A stretch of 64,000 bases of DNA, taken from IMG/VR virus record IMGVR_UViG_3300012642_000011, positions 224,001 through 288,000 of that record. One strand, 5' to 3'. How positions within the stretch are numbered: the stretch's first letter is position 1; the number at the start of each line of letters is the position of its first letter. The notes below the pieces were generated by a model, which saw only the letters and a list, made by a program, of their open reading frames with translations, was not told the DNA's origin and did no database searches. This document shows, one piece after another, positions 49,993 through 60,726 of this stretch. The position numbers were made by a program, and so were the translations under genes. The stretch comes from a virus.

Positions 49993-50268
49993 ATGAGCAA
50001 GCGTCGTGATGACATGGTTATCGCAGAACTGTCTTTTGAACTGGGTCGCATGGGATATGACCCGTATGGCACCTCTGAGCAGATCAAGATGCTGCCTCTT
50101 CGGGGTGGTCATCGGCTCTTCATTGACGGTCAGGAAGCCATGCAGGTCATGCAGTACATGGGGATGGCTGATCTTGCCTACTACGATTGTGGTCGGGGTG
50201 TGATCGAGACGGATAAGGGCGTAGATGATCTTCACGATCTGTTCCGCTCCATCCTGAAGGTCCAGTGA
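49993..50268 (+). CDS. hypothetical protein (MSKRRDDMVIAELSF..., 91 aa)
   Basis: Plus-strand copy of the second leader family ...CATCAACAAGGGAGAGCAACACAGAGCAATCCC...CAAGGAGAACATC-ATG. Confidence 0.55.
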   Translation: MSKRRDDMVIAELSFELGRMGYDPYGTSEQIKMLPLRGGHRLFIDGQEAMQVMQYMGMADLAYYDCGRGVIETDKGVDDLHDLFRSILKVQ

Positions 50269-50404
50269 TCCTGATGCCGCCCGTGAGGGTGGTGTCATAG
50301 GGGACACAATTCCTGAATTACCATACTGAGATCTGTTCTCAACATGAACAACGTCCCGCTATCGTCTCTTTCGTGAGATTCTAGCGGGACGTTGTTCTTT
50401 TGCT

Positions 50405-50809
50405 TCAGATGCGGGTGTCAGGGAAGGTGTAGGAGGGGTCAACAAGGGCCTTCATGATCAGTTCCTTAGCAACTCCACCATGATCCTCACCCACAACAGG
50501 GGTCTGATGAAGGATACATTCCGCAATGCCGCGAACGTACTCATCGTAGGCGTTAGTAGGAGCGCCATAAGGGTCTTCGCAAAGACTACCCATCATGTAG
50601 ATCAGACGCTTGCGCTCTGCAAAATCGTCAACGATCTGAATCTTCTCATTGGGGATTCGCAGCGTGCCGATCTTGATGGGAACCTCCACCATGTCGCCAA
50701 TCACCTCCACCTCACCAGTGACAGTGATTTCCTCGCCATTATTCTGGACGATCTTCATGCCGTATCGAAGATCCTTGGGGGAAACAGTAGTCAGATTCCT
50801 GGTCATCAT
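50405..50809 (-). CDS. hypothetical protein, 134 aa
   Basis: RBS CAAGGAGTAC-ATGATG. Confidence 0.5.
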   Translation of the reverse strand: MMTRNLTTVSPKDLRYGMKIVQNNGEEITVTGEVEVIGDMVEVPIKIGTLRIPNEKIQIVDDFAERKRLIYMMGSLCEDPYGAPTNAYDEYVRGIAECILHQTPVVGEDHGGVAKELIMKALVDPSYTFPDTRI

Positions 50810-50995
50810 GTACTCCTTGTCGTGGGGTAGTATTCATTTCCTATCACCATCAGGATACATGATGGAGAGGTGAAAGGCAACCTGCACGAGTTCTTATTTG
50901 TAGAGATGAAGTGGGGACACAGAATTATAACGTGAGGAAAAGCAAACGACCCGCTCTCATCCTCTCGGGAATCAAGCGGGCCGTTTGCTTTTGGA

Positions 50996-51337
50996 TCAGG
51001 CGTGAGCGGCCTTGTAGGCGTCGATCACGTCCTTGGGGAAGCGGCCACGGGTGCCGACCTTGTAGCCGTTCGCCTTGGCCCACTCGCGGACCTTGGCGGC
51101 GTCCTGACCCACCTTCAGGTCGGGGTTGACCTTGTAGGAGCGGACGACGCGGCGGACGGAGTTCTCGATGATCTTGTCGGACTTCTCGATCAGGAACGTC
51201 TCGTCCTTGATCTTCTCCACGGACTTGGAGTTCAGGGGAACCTCGTACACACCCTTGTTGGGGATGCGCACCTGAACCAGCTTGGCACCCATCTGCTTGG
51301 TGATCGCGTCCTGCAGGAAAGCCTGGGTCTTCGTCAT
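50996..51337 (-). CDS. lsr2: Lsr2-like DNA-binding protein, ~113 aa
   Basis: C-term [31 protein letters not shown] matches the Lsr2 C-terminal DNA-binding domain; conserved leader. Confidence 0.65.
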   Translation of the reverse strand: MTKTQAFLQDAITKQMGAKLVQVRIPNKGVYEVPLNSKSVEKIKDETFLIEKSDKIIENSVRRVVRSYKVNPDLKVGQDAAKVREWAKANGYKVGTRGRFPKDVIDAYKAAHA

Positions 51338-51580
51338 GATTTTCTCCTTGATGAGAGTATTTCGGGATTGCTCTGTGTTGCTCTCCCTTGCTGATGAATC
51401 AAATGTACCACAGGGGACGCTCCATGTGCAACATGATTTCCGAAGATCGTGGAACTTTTCTACCCGTGAGAACAAAAGGCAGCATGAAGACCACACACAG
51501 ACAACCCACAGGGGACACAAGATGAGAGCAACAAGAAAGGGTGTGGACGTTTGTATGCGGCCACACCCCTCTTTGATCAA

Positions 51581-52030
51581 TCAAGCCATAGCGATTGGAC
51601 CCCAATTGTCAGGAAGGCGAACCCCTCCACCGATCACCCCGAACGGCTTGCCAAGTTCGGGGATGTGCTCCACGGCAACCAGCGCAATGCAGGCATTTGT
51701 ATACCCATCGAAAGGCTCATCACCGTAAGACGTGCCACCCATGGAGTAGTGAACATAGCCTGTGTCCGCAATCGGACTCTCAGCGCAATCATAAGGGTCT
51801 GCAAGAATAAACAGGCCATCGCTCACAATGTCCACCACAGCATCCCTGTCCTCAGGATCATCAAAAAACTCATCATAATCCCACACATCGAGATCACTCA
51901 TAAGATCATATGAGTGCCGCTCCACAAGAATGCGAACGTCCTCTCGTGTCAGGTCGCTGTTATCCACAGCGGAGTCCAGCGTCCACCCAACACTCACAAA
52001 CGATGCCGACATGGTTCTCCTCTTTCTCAC
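51581..52030 (-). CDS. hypothetical acidic protein, 149 aa
   Basis: RBS AAGAGGAGAACC-ATG. Confidence 0.5.
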   Translation of the reverse strand: MRKRRTMSASFVSVGWTLDSAVDNSDLTREDVRILVERHSYDLMSDLDVWDYDEFFDDPEDRDAVVDIVSDGLFILADPYDCAESPIADTGYVHYSMGGTSYGDEPFDGYTNACIALVAVEHIPELGKPFGVIGGGVRLPDNWGPIAMA

Positions 52031-52274
52031 AATTTAAACAATAGGGACGTGACACCATGCAGTATCGACGTAAAACAAGGTCTGCATTAGCGCCTCTTGC
52101 ACACAGTACCACGTTCTTCACACATGATCAACTCGAACGTGACACAACATGGGACGCTCCGCAGACCAGCCTCTCGGACAGACGAGAGCAGAGGAATTAT
52201 TTGACAGCAGACATGCACCCCTGATAACGTTCATCCTGTCAACAAGGAACCACGACACAGAGAGGGAAACGATC

Positions 52275-52508
52275 ATGAAGACCATCACGTCGCAGCATGA
52301 CCCCCGTATCACCTACATCGTCGTGGAGGAACCGTTCAAGATCACCCTGATCGACCACAAGCGTCGTCATCACACCGGACTCACCCTGAACATGGCGATC
52401 AAGGCCGCTGAAGATATGCTGTCCTCCGAGCCTATGCTGGCAGCATCTGATGTGCAGTGGTGGATGGATGCGCGAGAAGCCTACATGGACTACGATCTCA
52501 CCGCATGA
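52275..52508 (+). CDS. hypothetical protein (MKTITSQHDPRITYIVV..., 77 aa)
   Basis: RBS AGAGGGAAACGATC-ATG. Confidence 0.45.
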   Translation: MKTITSQHDPRITYIVVEEPFKITLIDHKRRHHTGLTLNMAIKAAEDMLSSEPMLAASDVQWWMDAREAYMDYDLTA

Positions 52509-52674
52509 TCAGAGTGTGAGGTGAGATCGTAGTGGTCTGTGGCGAGGGGACACAATTATGCTAACAAAATAGTGGCGTTTTGGTAGATCGGGGACGTGAC
52601 ATGAAGATCATCCGGTGAGATGAACAGGGGGAGGGAGATGGGATCACTCCCATCTCCCTCCCCAGATCACGTTG

Positions 52675-53832
52675 TCAGCGACGGTTCAAGTACGCATTGA
52701 AGGCAAGAGACAGCGGCTTGATGAGAGGACGTGACCACTCGCCGTGAGTCTGCACCACGTCAGCGCCCACAGCCGTCTTGAACATGGTCAGGCCAGAAGT
52801 CTTGCCGTTCGCCTTCAATGATCCCGGCACGCCGATCAGGTCATACCACTTGCACCCATACTTCACGGCGTCAGAGATCATCTCCCACTGAACAGCGCGG
52901 GAAGCGTACATCTTACGATGCTCAGCACTGGAACCGCCGTACAGGTACCACAGAAAATCGCCCTGACGGATCGTGAGCGCTGCAGCAAGCGGAATGTCCT
53001 CGTGGTAAGCGACAATGACCTCAGCGTGGGCGATCTCCGAGCGATCAAAAACTTCAAGGAGACGCTCAAAGTAGGAGACAGGTCGGGGAGTGAACTGCTC
53101 ACGCTCTGCCGTCATCACATAGAGTGCGTGGAAATCATGCACGAGGGACGCTCCACGCTTGATGATCAGACCCTGCTTCAGAGACTTGCGCGTTTCGGAT
53201 CGAGAGGTCTGGTTCATGCGCATGAGGACGCTCTCGGCATCTGACTCAATCGGAATGCGTGCTTGAAACATGGGCTGACCATTACCGAAGTCCTCTTCGA
53301 TAGAAGGCTCCTTGAATCCAGCGCGAACCATGTCTGATTCAATGGAGATCTGGCGATAATCCACATCTGCCTGAAGTTCCATCAGGTGCTCGTACTGGTC
53401 GTCCTTGAGTGCCTTGCGTACCACGTCAGCATCCCAACGTCGGACAGTCTCAGGAAGACCCAGACGGAGTTCGAACGCACCAGTCTTCTTCACGTAGGAA
53501 GTCAGGGCAGGGAGCACATCAGAGATATGCACATCTGCGTTTACTACAGGACCTTCACTGATGTAGGCCAGAGACAGGTTGCCGATCACAGGGATCTTGT
53601 TCACGACAGGAAGCGGGCGGTAGAGGATCAGGGACGCTCCAACCAGAACGTCCTCATGGTAGATGCCTACGGACTCGTTGCGCCACTCGCTCTTGACCTC
53701 ACCCCAGTGTGGGTTCTGCAGGAAGGATGCAGCAGGACGGGTAGACAGATATGCCTCATGCTGATCTGCGGTGATAGCGCGGATCGTGTAGTCCTTGTTT
53801 GCCTTGATTGGCTTGGTTGCGGTAGCGGTCAT
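52675..53832 (-). CDS. FemAB-family (Fem/FemX-like) peptidoglycan aminoacyltransferase homolog, 385 aa
   Basis: Size and C-terminal WYLYGGSS...R...WEMISDAVKYGCKWYDLIG motif typical of FemABX/GNAT-fold transferases. Confidence 0.5.
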   Translation of the reverse strand: MTATATKPIKANKDYTIRAITADQHEAYLSTRPAASFLQNPHWGEVKSEWRNESVGIYHEDVLVGASLILYRPLPVVNKIPVIGNLSLAYISEGPVVNADVHISDVLPALTSYVKKTGAFELRLGLPETVRRWDADVVRKALKDDQYEHLMELQADVDYRQISIESDMVRAGFKEPSIEEDFGNGQPMFQARIPIESDAESVLMRMNQTSRSETRKSLKQGLIIKRGASLVHDFHALYVMTAEREQFTPRPVSYFERLLEVFDRSEIAHAEVIVAYHEDIPLAAALTIRQGDFLWYLYGGSSAEHRKMYASRAVQWEMISDAVKYGCKWYDLIGVPGSLKANGKTSGLTMFKTAVGADVVQTHGEWSRPLIKPLSLAFNAYLNRR

Positions 53833-54029
53833 AGTTTCCTCATGGTTTAATTGTAGAAATGAATAGTTCTTGCCATGATCTTAGCACAATGCTTGCTACG
53901 AGAACAAATGCAAGCGCGTCTTTGTGACAGATTGTTTCGTACTATCCGCTTGGGGACACAAAATAATGTTGCGAGGGAATGAAAAACCCCTGCTGATCTC
54001 CACTCGGGAACCCAGCAGGGGGAGGAGGG

Positions 54030-54186
54030 TCAGTGACCCTGCGCCGCGTTGGCGGCGGCCACGACGGCGAATGGCTCGCCCTCGAAGGAGGTGTGGGTCT
54101 CACCCACCTTCACCGCCACGGCGGCGGAGGCAAGGGCCTCCACGTTGCCGATGGTGATGGCCTTGTTGTTGAGGATGATCTCCATG
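54030..54186 (-). CDS. very small ORF (28-51 aa depending on a 1-nt reading ambiguity near 54121) behind a conserved leader
   Basis: Conserved leader 54187-54270 with AAGGAGAACATC-ATG; frame not resolved confidently. Confidence 0.25.
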
Positions 54187-54445
54187 ATGTTCTCCTTGTG
54201 GAGTAGTAGGGATTGCTCTGTGTTGCTCTCCCTGTTGATGACTCAACTCTACCATGGGGGACGCTCCACGTGCAAGTCTCGGCAAGATTATTTTTGAGGA
54301 TGTGTAAGCCGGCATGATGTGTGCAGTTCCGCAGGGGACACAAGAGAGGGCGAAATAATCTTCTGCCCTCATGTTGACTTTCGCCTCTCCTTGCCCTAGG
54401 CTTAGAGAAGAAGCAAGGAAACATTCGACTCACGAAAGAGAGACC

Positions 54446-54742
54446 ATGAAGCGTTCTAAGATGGATCTGGTTGCTGAACTCATCCTGTTCAGGGAAGAGA
54501 ACGGGTTTGAGGAAGATGTGATGTGGAAGCATTACGCTCCCATCCTCCTGAAGCACCTTGCTCTCGGCAATGACCGTGAGTTCCTTACCGCCATGCAGGA
54601 CGCTGTGGAGGCACATCGCTTGCAGTACGGTGTGGGTATCGTCCCGAAGCGACTTGTCGATCTTGAGACTTCCCTGTGGGAGAAGGAAGAGGCTATGCCG
54701 CGTGAGATCGGCCCGCGTGCTCGGCGTATGCAGCGTCAGTGA
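54446..54742 (+). CDS. hypothetical protein (MKRSKMDLVAELILF..., 98 aa)
   Basis: RBS GAAAGAGAGACC-ATG. Confidence 0.5.
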   Translation: MKRSKMDLVAELILFREENGFEEDVMWKHYAPILLKHLALGNDREFLTAMQDAVEAHRLQYGVGIVPKRLVDLETSLWEKEEAMPREIGPRARRMQRQ

Positions 54743-54916
54743 GCATAGACGCTGAAGACCTGACACTAAAACGTCAGGTCTTCAGCGTTTCTGTGTCTCC
54801 CATCATGACGGGACGAGGGGACACAGTATTCGAGAAGAACGCACTTGCTGTTGGGCTTGCTTATGCGCATGATGCCCTGTAGGCTGGGAGCATCCCCGAC
54901 AGCAAGGAATGGAATC

Positions 54917-55120
54917 ATGGCAGTTCAGACGATCACACGTTCGGGCACGATCACCATTGAGCACATTGTCCGAGTGGTCACGAGCGGATCGAACCACGCC
55001 TTTACCACGCCCCCGATGGAAGCATCCCGTGCTCTCCTGTGGGCCGAAGCGGAAAAGCGCGAGTATGGCTATGACAACGTGAAGATCACCTGTGATACGC
55101 ATTGCTGGTGTAAGCACTAA
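54917..55120 (+). CDS. small 'CWC' family protein (ends ...CDTHCWCKH)
   Basis: RBS AAGGAATGGAATC-ATG. Confidence 0.5.
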   Translation: MAVQTITRSGTITIEHIVRVVTSGSNHAFTTPPMEASRALLWAEAEKREYGYDNVKITCDTHCWCKH

Positions 55121-55296
55121 AGGCAAGAAGGGATCAGCGATAGTAGGTAATCCTACTATCGCTGTTTTAATCTCTAGGGGAGGGGACACAACATGAGAGC
55201 AGCACGTATTCGTGTACCAAGTTGCTTTCAGGATGTCGCTGTGATAGTCTGATTCCAGTTGTTCACCAGTACACATCTCACTAAGGAGAGAGAACC

Positions 55297-55770
55297 ATGA
55301 AGATCAATGCCGAGACTCTTGCCAAGATCGATGCTATCGTGAAGGAAGGCATCCCGAAGATCGGCTACGAGGCTGTCATCCCTCTTGATCAGAAAGAGGC
55401 CGTGAACGCCGCTGCTCTGAACCACTGGGAGGATCTGGTCGAGATGCGGCCTGCGTACTTCGACGCTCTGAGCGACGGGTACGAGATCGAGGGATACCTG
55501 AACGGTAACGGTGTGGATCTCAAGAAGGTGATGGACGCGAGCGAGGACGTTGAGTTCGAGTCTGAGATTCTGGGCTGGGCTGGTGAACTGCAGGGTAACG
55601 CCGCTTCCATGACGTTCGCTCAGATGCGCGAGGGCTATTTCCGCGCCATCGTCATGGACTTCGCTCGTGCATGGGAGGCCCTGTACCGCGATGCTGTGGA
55701 GCAGGTCACGGGTGAAGATCACATGGGCGCGGGGGACGGCCTGACGTGGTGGGATGAGGAGCAGGACTGA
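55297..55770 (+). CDS. hypothetical acidic protein, 157 aa
   Basis: RBS TAAGGAGAGAGAACC-ATG. Confidence 0.55.
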   Translation: MKINAETLAKIDAIVKEGIPKIGYEAVIPLDQKEAVNAAALNHWEDLVEMRPAYFDALSDGYEIEGYLNGNGVDLKKVMDASEDVEFESEILGWAGELQGNAASMTFAQMREGYFRAIVMDFARAWEALYRDAVEQVTGEDHMGAGDGLTWWDEEQD

Positions 55771-55984
55771 TCTTCTGACGTAAGGGAGACGGGAGCAATC
55801 CTGTCTCCCTTACTCTTTGTCGCCATTGGGGACACAAAAATCCTCACACTACCTCTCATTGCTCTTGCCCAACGGGGACGCTCTACCACACAACGATATG
55901 CTGACTGGTGTGCAGTATCTGTTCGCTTTGACATCTGATGGAGAAGGTGTAGAGTAGAAGAAAACGACGATGAGAGGATGGATC

Positions 55985-56230
55985 ATGCGAGAGGTGCTGA
56001 GTGATAAGCCGCGTGTGACGCTCAAGGAAGCGCTGCTGACCACGCCGGGTATCGCTGAAGACATTGTTGAGTCTGTGCGAGATTATGATGATCCCCGCAC
56101 GAGTGATGAGACTCTAGAGGAGATTCAGGCATGGTGGGATCGGATTGGCATTCGAAACGTGATGCATGCACGAGCCGCCAAGGCTGAATTTGAATACCTG
56201 TGGAAGTATGAGCCGGATATGGCGTGGTGA
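55985..56230 (+). CDS. hypothetical protein (MREVLSDKPRVTLKEALL..., 81 aa)
   Basis: Start chosen for RBS GAGAGGATGGATC-ATG. Confidence 0.4.
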   Translation: MREVLSDKPRVTLKEALLTTPGIAEDIVESVRDYDDPRTSDETLEEIQAWWDRIGIRNVMHARAAKAEFEYLWKYEPDMAW

Positions 56231-56414
56231 TCGGTCGCCCTTCGGGGCTTCGCCGCAAGGGACACAGAAAATAATCTGGTGCGGAAGCAAAAAAATTCCA
56301 CCAAGGGCTTGCATCATGCCGTCAGTTATGCCTATGATGGTTTCAGCAAGCAGCCCACATCCACGAACTCACCATTGATTTGGTGGAGACCATCAGCACT
56401 GAAAGGGACTTCCC

Positions 56415-56660
56415 ATGACGATTGACAAGATGCTCGCCAGCGACCTCTACGAGATGGCCGACGAGGACAACGGCCACGTTGAGGCTCCCACGGGATTCTT
56501 CGCCACTGTGCACATCGATGAGGAGATGCCCGGTCTCAAGCCCGGCCGCTACCTGTTGGTGACGGACAACTACGGTTTCGATTCGATCTACGAGGACTCG
56601 GACGGCCTCCTGTGGGATGAGAGGCTGAAGCAGTACTGCGAGTGGTACGACGAGGACTGA
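56415..56660 (+). CDS. hypothetical acidic protein, 81 aa
   Basis: RBS AAAGGGACTTCCC-ATG. Confidence 0.45.
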   Translation: MTIDKMLASDLYEMADEDNGHVEAPTGFFATVHIDEEMPGLKPGRYLLVTDNYGFDSIYEDSDGLLWDERLKQYCEWYDED

Positions 56661-56926
56661 TCCCGACATGCGCCCACCGATGATGACTCGGTGGGCGCAT
56701 GTTATCGACCAGCGTTCTCTGTAGGCAAAGACCACGATCTATTCCGAGATCGTGAACGCATGTTGAGGCAAGAGGACATAGGGGACACAGAATGCCATAC
56801 AGAGCGGGGAGTGAGTAGCCTGAAAGTTTTCCTTGCACGGCTTGACATGATCACCGCCATGTGTAATGATTGATTCATCAGGTCGAGGGAACAGCCTAAG
56901 ACCATCACTCTCAAGGAGAGACTATC

Positions 56927-57361
56927 GTGGATCTTTACGATCAGTACAAGGATGCAGCAGAGGCTATTGACGACGCCGAGTACGGTGTGGCATTCCTCGT
57001 GCAGCCGGATGGTCAGTTCGAGCAGATGGATGAGTCTGCTCACTACAGCCTCCACTGGCATGGTGTGGATGAGCAGGGACGTGACATCCTCAAGGATGAG
57101 GATGATGGTGATGTCACTGACTGGGAGATCGCCACTGGCATGACGGGTCAGTACGGCTACAACGATCCGCTCATGCACGAGTCGGAGTACTTCGGTGAGA
57201 ACCTCCTTGCCAGACTCATGGAAGACCGCACGGAGCCTTTGATGATCGCACTGGCTGTTGTGGGTGACTACTCGGAGGAAGCGTTCGAAAGTGAGGATTC
57301 TGAAGATCTGGGAGAGCCTTTCTCGTGGGTGATCCTCTACCGTGAGCCTGATTCCCTCTGA
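56927..57361 (+). CDS. hypothetical acidic protein, paralog family E (GTG start)
   Basis: Plus-strand copy of canonical leader GATTCATCAGGTCGAGGGAACAGCCTAAGACCATCACTCTCAAGGAGAGACTATC-GTG. Confidence 0.55.
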   Translation: MDLYDQYKDAAEAIDDAEYGVAFLVQPDGQFEQMDESAHYSLHWHGVDEQGRDILKDEDDGDVTDWEIATGMTGQYGYNDPLMHESEYFGENLLARLMEDRTEPLMIALAVVGDYSEEAFESEDSEDLGEPFSWVILYREPDSL

Positions 57362-57535
57362 TCCGAAGGCAGTTTGTTGACTTGGTGTGATTCAAGTCAA
57401 CAAACTGTCTTTTTGCGCATCGAGAGGGGACACAGTTTTTGTGTGCCTTTCATTCTTTTCCTCACGTTGACATCACGCTTGCTCTCCTGTAGATTTAGTT
57501 CCAACAGGGCAGGACAAATTCCACTCAAGGAGAAC

Positions 57536-57931
57536 ATGATGAGCACGATGACTCGCAAGCAGATGGATCAGAAGGTCTACGATCTTCAGGAGATGCTGAT
57601 CGAAGCAGGTGTCGAGTGTGAGGTGGATCATGTGGACTATGATCATGCCGAGTATGGTATGGCAGTCCTCTTCGGCACCTACACTGGTGAGGCGGAGGAC
57701 GAGGAAATCTACATCAACTTCGGTGGCTCTGATGAGGACGTGGCGAACGGCGACGATCCCACGTGGCAGTTCTACGCCCTGATGCCGCTTGGGGGCGGCA
57801 AGGTAAAGGAGATCTGCGACGTGACGCAGATGGGCGCTGACACCCCGATGAGCGAGGTTCGCGCGTGGGCTTTGAGGCATCTGTGGATCGACAGGGTTCC
57901 GGCGCTGACGGGTGAGTACATCCAGTACTGA
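57536..57931 (+). CDS. hypothetical acidic protein (MMSTMTRKQMDQKVYDL..., 131 aa)
   Basis: RBS CAAGGAGAAC-ATGATG. Confidence 0.5.
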   Translation: MMSTMTRKQMDQKVYDLQEMLIEAGVECEVDHVDYDHAEYGMAVLFGTYTGEAEDEEIYINFGGSDEDVANGDDPTWQFYALMPLGGGKVKEICDVTQMGADTPMSEVRAWALRHLWIDRVPALTGEYIQY

Positions 57932-58284
57932 TCACGCATAACAGAGACCCTGTAGGGAGAGTTTCCTACAGGGTCTCTTGTGTGCGTAGTAGAGGGGACA
58001 CAAGATCGCCAGTGCCGCGTATGTTCCTGCGATTCAAGCAATGTAGACTGTTTAGACATTTTGTAACCTTAGAGATCATTTGAGTGCAATATGTCTTCAC
58101 CTAGAGGTGATTCTGTTGACACTTTGAAATTCTGACTCGAAGAGCGATTGGACAAATTGCAACCTGCTGCATCCTGTAAGCGAACAACATCTTGCATGCA
58201 TCACACCCATGCTTGCATTCAATGCACGGGTAGTGTACGGTAGGAACTACCAAGCAAGATAACTTCCGAGAAGGAGAGCATGAG

Positions 58285-58578
58285 ATGACTGAGAACATTA
58301 ACGGACTGAACATCAAGGTCTACGACAACGGCGGGCGTACCTTTGATCGGTACACCGTGATCTACGTGGATGAGATCGAGGATAACGGCATGGGCAAGCG
58401 CCTTCCGTTCGGCGTCTTCATGAGCGACGATCCGACGCATCCTCAGGGTGTCTTCATCCGCGATCAGATCGAGGACAGCCCCCGTTTGGGCGATGTGATC
58501 CCGTTTGCCTCACTGCCGAAGAAGTGCCAGAAGTCCGTGTTGGAGGATGTGGAGGAAATCCTCGCCTTCAGCAACTGA
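58285..58578 (+). CDS. hypothetical protein, 97 aa
   Basis: RBS GAAGGAGAGCATGAG-ATG; 300-bp non-coding region upstream. Confidence 0.5.
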   Translation: MTENINGLNIKVYDNGGRTFDRYTVIYVDEIEDNGMGKRLPFGVFMSDDPTHPQGVFIRDQIEDSPRLGDVIPFASLPKKCQKSVLEDVEEILAFSN

Positions 58579-58685
58579 TGCCACCTAGCAACGCCTGACT
58601 GATTCCCCTTGAGGATGATGTCAGGCGTTGCTGTAGGTCACTTAGGGGACACAATATTTCTCTAAATGCAAAGAGGTTGCAGAAA

Positions 58686-58722
58686 GCCCGCCGTCCTCCT
58701 GTGTGTGGGGATTCAAGCGGGC
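58686..58722 (-). terminator. conserved-loop intrinsic terminator
   Basis: GCCCGCC-GTCCTCCTGTGTGTGGGGATTCAA-GCGGGC after stop of 58734..58991. Confidence 0.55.
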
Positions 58723-58733
58723 CACGTGTGTCA

Positions 58734-58991
58734 TCACATTCCGATGCGGTGATGATACTTGCGCACAGCAGTGATCAGGTGATCAGCGTTTTTCTGGTCG
58801 GACTCTACGATCACGGCGTTTCGCTTGTGATCGCGGAAGATCAGAATCAACTTGCCGTTCTCCTTTGCCTCCACCGTGTACATGCCGTTCTCCGTGACGA
58901 TCAGGCCCTTGTTCTTCCCGATAGTCACTACAGATGATGTCACGATATTGCTGTCGGCAATCTGTCGTGTGGTCTTAGCAATGAGGTTCAC
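58734..58991 (-). CDS. hypothetical protein, 85 aa
   Basis: RBS AAGGAGAAC-ATG. Confidence 0.5.
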   Translation of the reverse strand: MNLIAKTTRQIADSNIVTSSVVTIGKNKGLIVTENGMYTVEAKENGKLILIFRDHKRNAVIVESDQKNADHLITAVRKYHHRIGM

Positions 58992-59215
58992 TCATGTTCT
59001 CCTTGTTTAGCGGCGTAGAAGGTGTGCCGTGTGTTCAACTGACTACGTTACTCTACACGAAACCTGCTTTGACTGCAAAACTGTGAGAACGTTGAAGAAC
59101 TCACATGGTGATCACAGCGAACTGTTAGCCCCACGACTTGCACCATCATGACTATGTATGCAAGGATGTTGGTACAAGAACTACATAACCCTACTACTTC
59201 AAGGAGAAGAACCTT

Positions 59216-59554
59216 ATGGTTGACACCGTATCCACCAGAGCATTGATCACTTACGATCCCTCAATCGAGCGTGATGTCTACGATGCGTATAAGGAGCACC
59301 GTGCTGACATCAAGGCAGAGCTGCGTCAGGCTAAGTCCAAGGTGATCATGAAGGCTTCTGAACAGCGTAACGAGGCCAGAGAGCGCGTGATGGAGTACGA
59401 CTACCCGTTCCTCGATCACTACACGATCAAGCACATCGTGTCTAAGTTCGAGCCGCTGAAGTCCTCCTACCATGAGCGCATCGAACAGATGACCAAGAAG
59501 GATGAAGACACTGTTCTTCCTCATGATGACAGGCCCCTGTTCTCTGCAGCATGA
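59216..59554 (+). CDS. hypothetical protein, distant paralog of 3780/39256 family
   Basis: RBS CAAGGAGAAGAACCTT-ATG; DVYDAYKEHRADIKAEL resembles ARVFNAYKMERAKIKRAL. Confidence 0.5.
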   Translation: MVDTVSTRALITYDPSIERDVYDAYKEHRADIKAELRQAKSKVIMKASEQRNEARERVMEYDYPFLDHYTIKHIVSKFEPLKSSYHERIEQMTKKDEDTVLPHDDRPLFSAA

Positions 59555-60138
59555 TCAAATGAAAGAGACCTGAGATCTATAACCAGATCTCAGGTCTCTT
59601 TCGCTTAAGGGGACGTGACAATCACAACAGGCTGGCGACACGATAAGGGAGCGTCGAAGCCACTGCCTTCAGGCCGCATGCGTCAGGGGTTGGGATCACC
59701 GTCAAGAGCATCCATCACCCTGCAAGCAAACTTCCACCAAGTACAGTCAACGTCCTCATCACTAAGACGGGGATCATGACCAGAACGTGCAACAGATCGA
59801 ACGGCGGCAAGGATGCTTTCGTCGCTGGGCGCTTCGTATCTCTCCATGTTCTTTCTCTCCTTTGTGTAGAAATGATTCCTCTGCAGTTGATTAATTCAAT
59901 GCTTTTGCAGGTCACAATGATTGTATCATGTCAAGCGCCTGTATTCAATAGGGGACATGACACCAAACGACTTGACGACGCTGCTCTTAACGCGCTGGCA
60001 GTGGAACACCATGCGTATGCTCTCTTAGGCCGTACACGCGATTCTGACGCGATCTCGCAGTTAGACAGCGTAGTTGTGAGCGGGACTCCTGTGATCACCG
60101 GAGAAAGCAACGTGACACCGTGGAGACGAAAAAAGAGG

Positions 60139-60173
60139 AGTGACGGTACTTGACCATCACTCCTCTTCGAGAT
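60139..60173 (-). terminator. intrinsic terminator (11-bp stem aagaggagtga/tcactcctctt + U6 on minus transcript)
   Basis: Downstream of stop of 60194..60622. Confidence 0.6.
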
Positions 60174-60193
60174 TTCTCGCTACTACTTCAGCA

Positions 60194-60622
60194 TCAATGT
60201 GCCTGTGCAGCAGCCTTCATGCGCGACTCCTCCTGACGCCTATGCATATCCTCAAGCGCCGCTGCCTTCTCCTGACGCCTCTGAGCGACTACAGCAGCCT
60301 CAGCATCAGCAGCAGCCTGCGCCTTAGCAACCTTACGATCTGCCTCATCTCTAGCGGCATCAGCGGCTGCGAAAACCTTCGGGAACATGCGACGCTGGAC
60401 GGCCTCCTGATTCGCGCTGAAGTCAGCACCATAACTGGACGCACGGAGGTTCTCGCTCATCACCCCATCAAGGTCAGGTCGGGACGTGGGGATGACCTTC
60501 TGCACGTTTCTCGTTGCGTGAACAAACGCGCTAACAATGATGACACCAACGACAGCCAGAAGGCCGAGGAAGACGTAGCCGACGTAGGGGTGCAGGGTGG
60601 TTCCTGATGCAAGTACAAACAT
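60194..60622 (-). CDS. membrane protein (N-terminal TM, Ala/Gln/Arg-rich C-terminus), 142 aa
   Basis: GYVFLGLLAVVGVIIVSAFVHA; RBS TAGGAAAAACATC-ATG. Confidence 0.5.
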   Translation of the reverse strand: MFVLASGTTLHPYVGYVFLGLLAVVGVIIVSAFVHATRNVQKVIPTSRPDLDGVMSENLRASSYGADFSANQEAVQRRMFPKVFAAADAARDEADRKVAKAQAAADAEAAVVAQRRQEKAAALEDMHRRQEESRMKAAAQAH

Positions 60623-60726
60623 GATGTTTTTCCTATCTATGCGATGTGTCTAGAACATTGTCATCATAACACACTCTGCATCGAAAAACAACCGATATTC
60701 TGAACTAATTTTCTGAAGCCGAGAGA

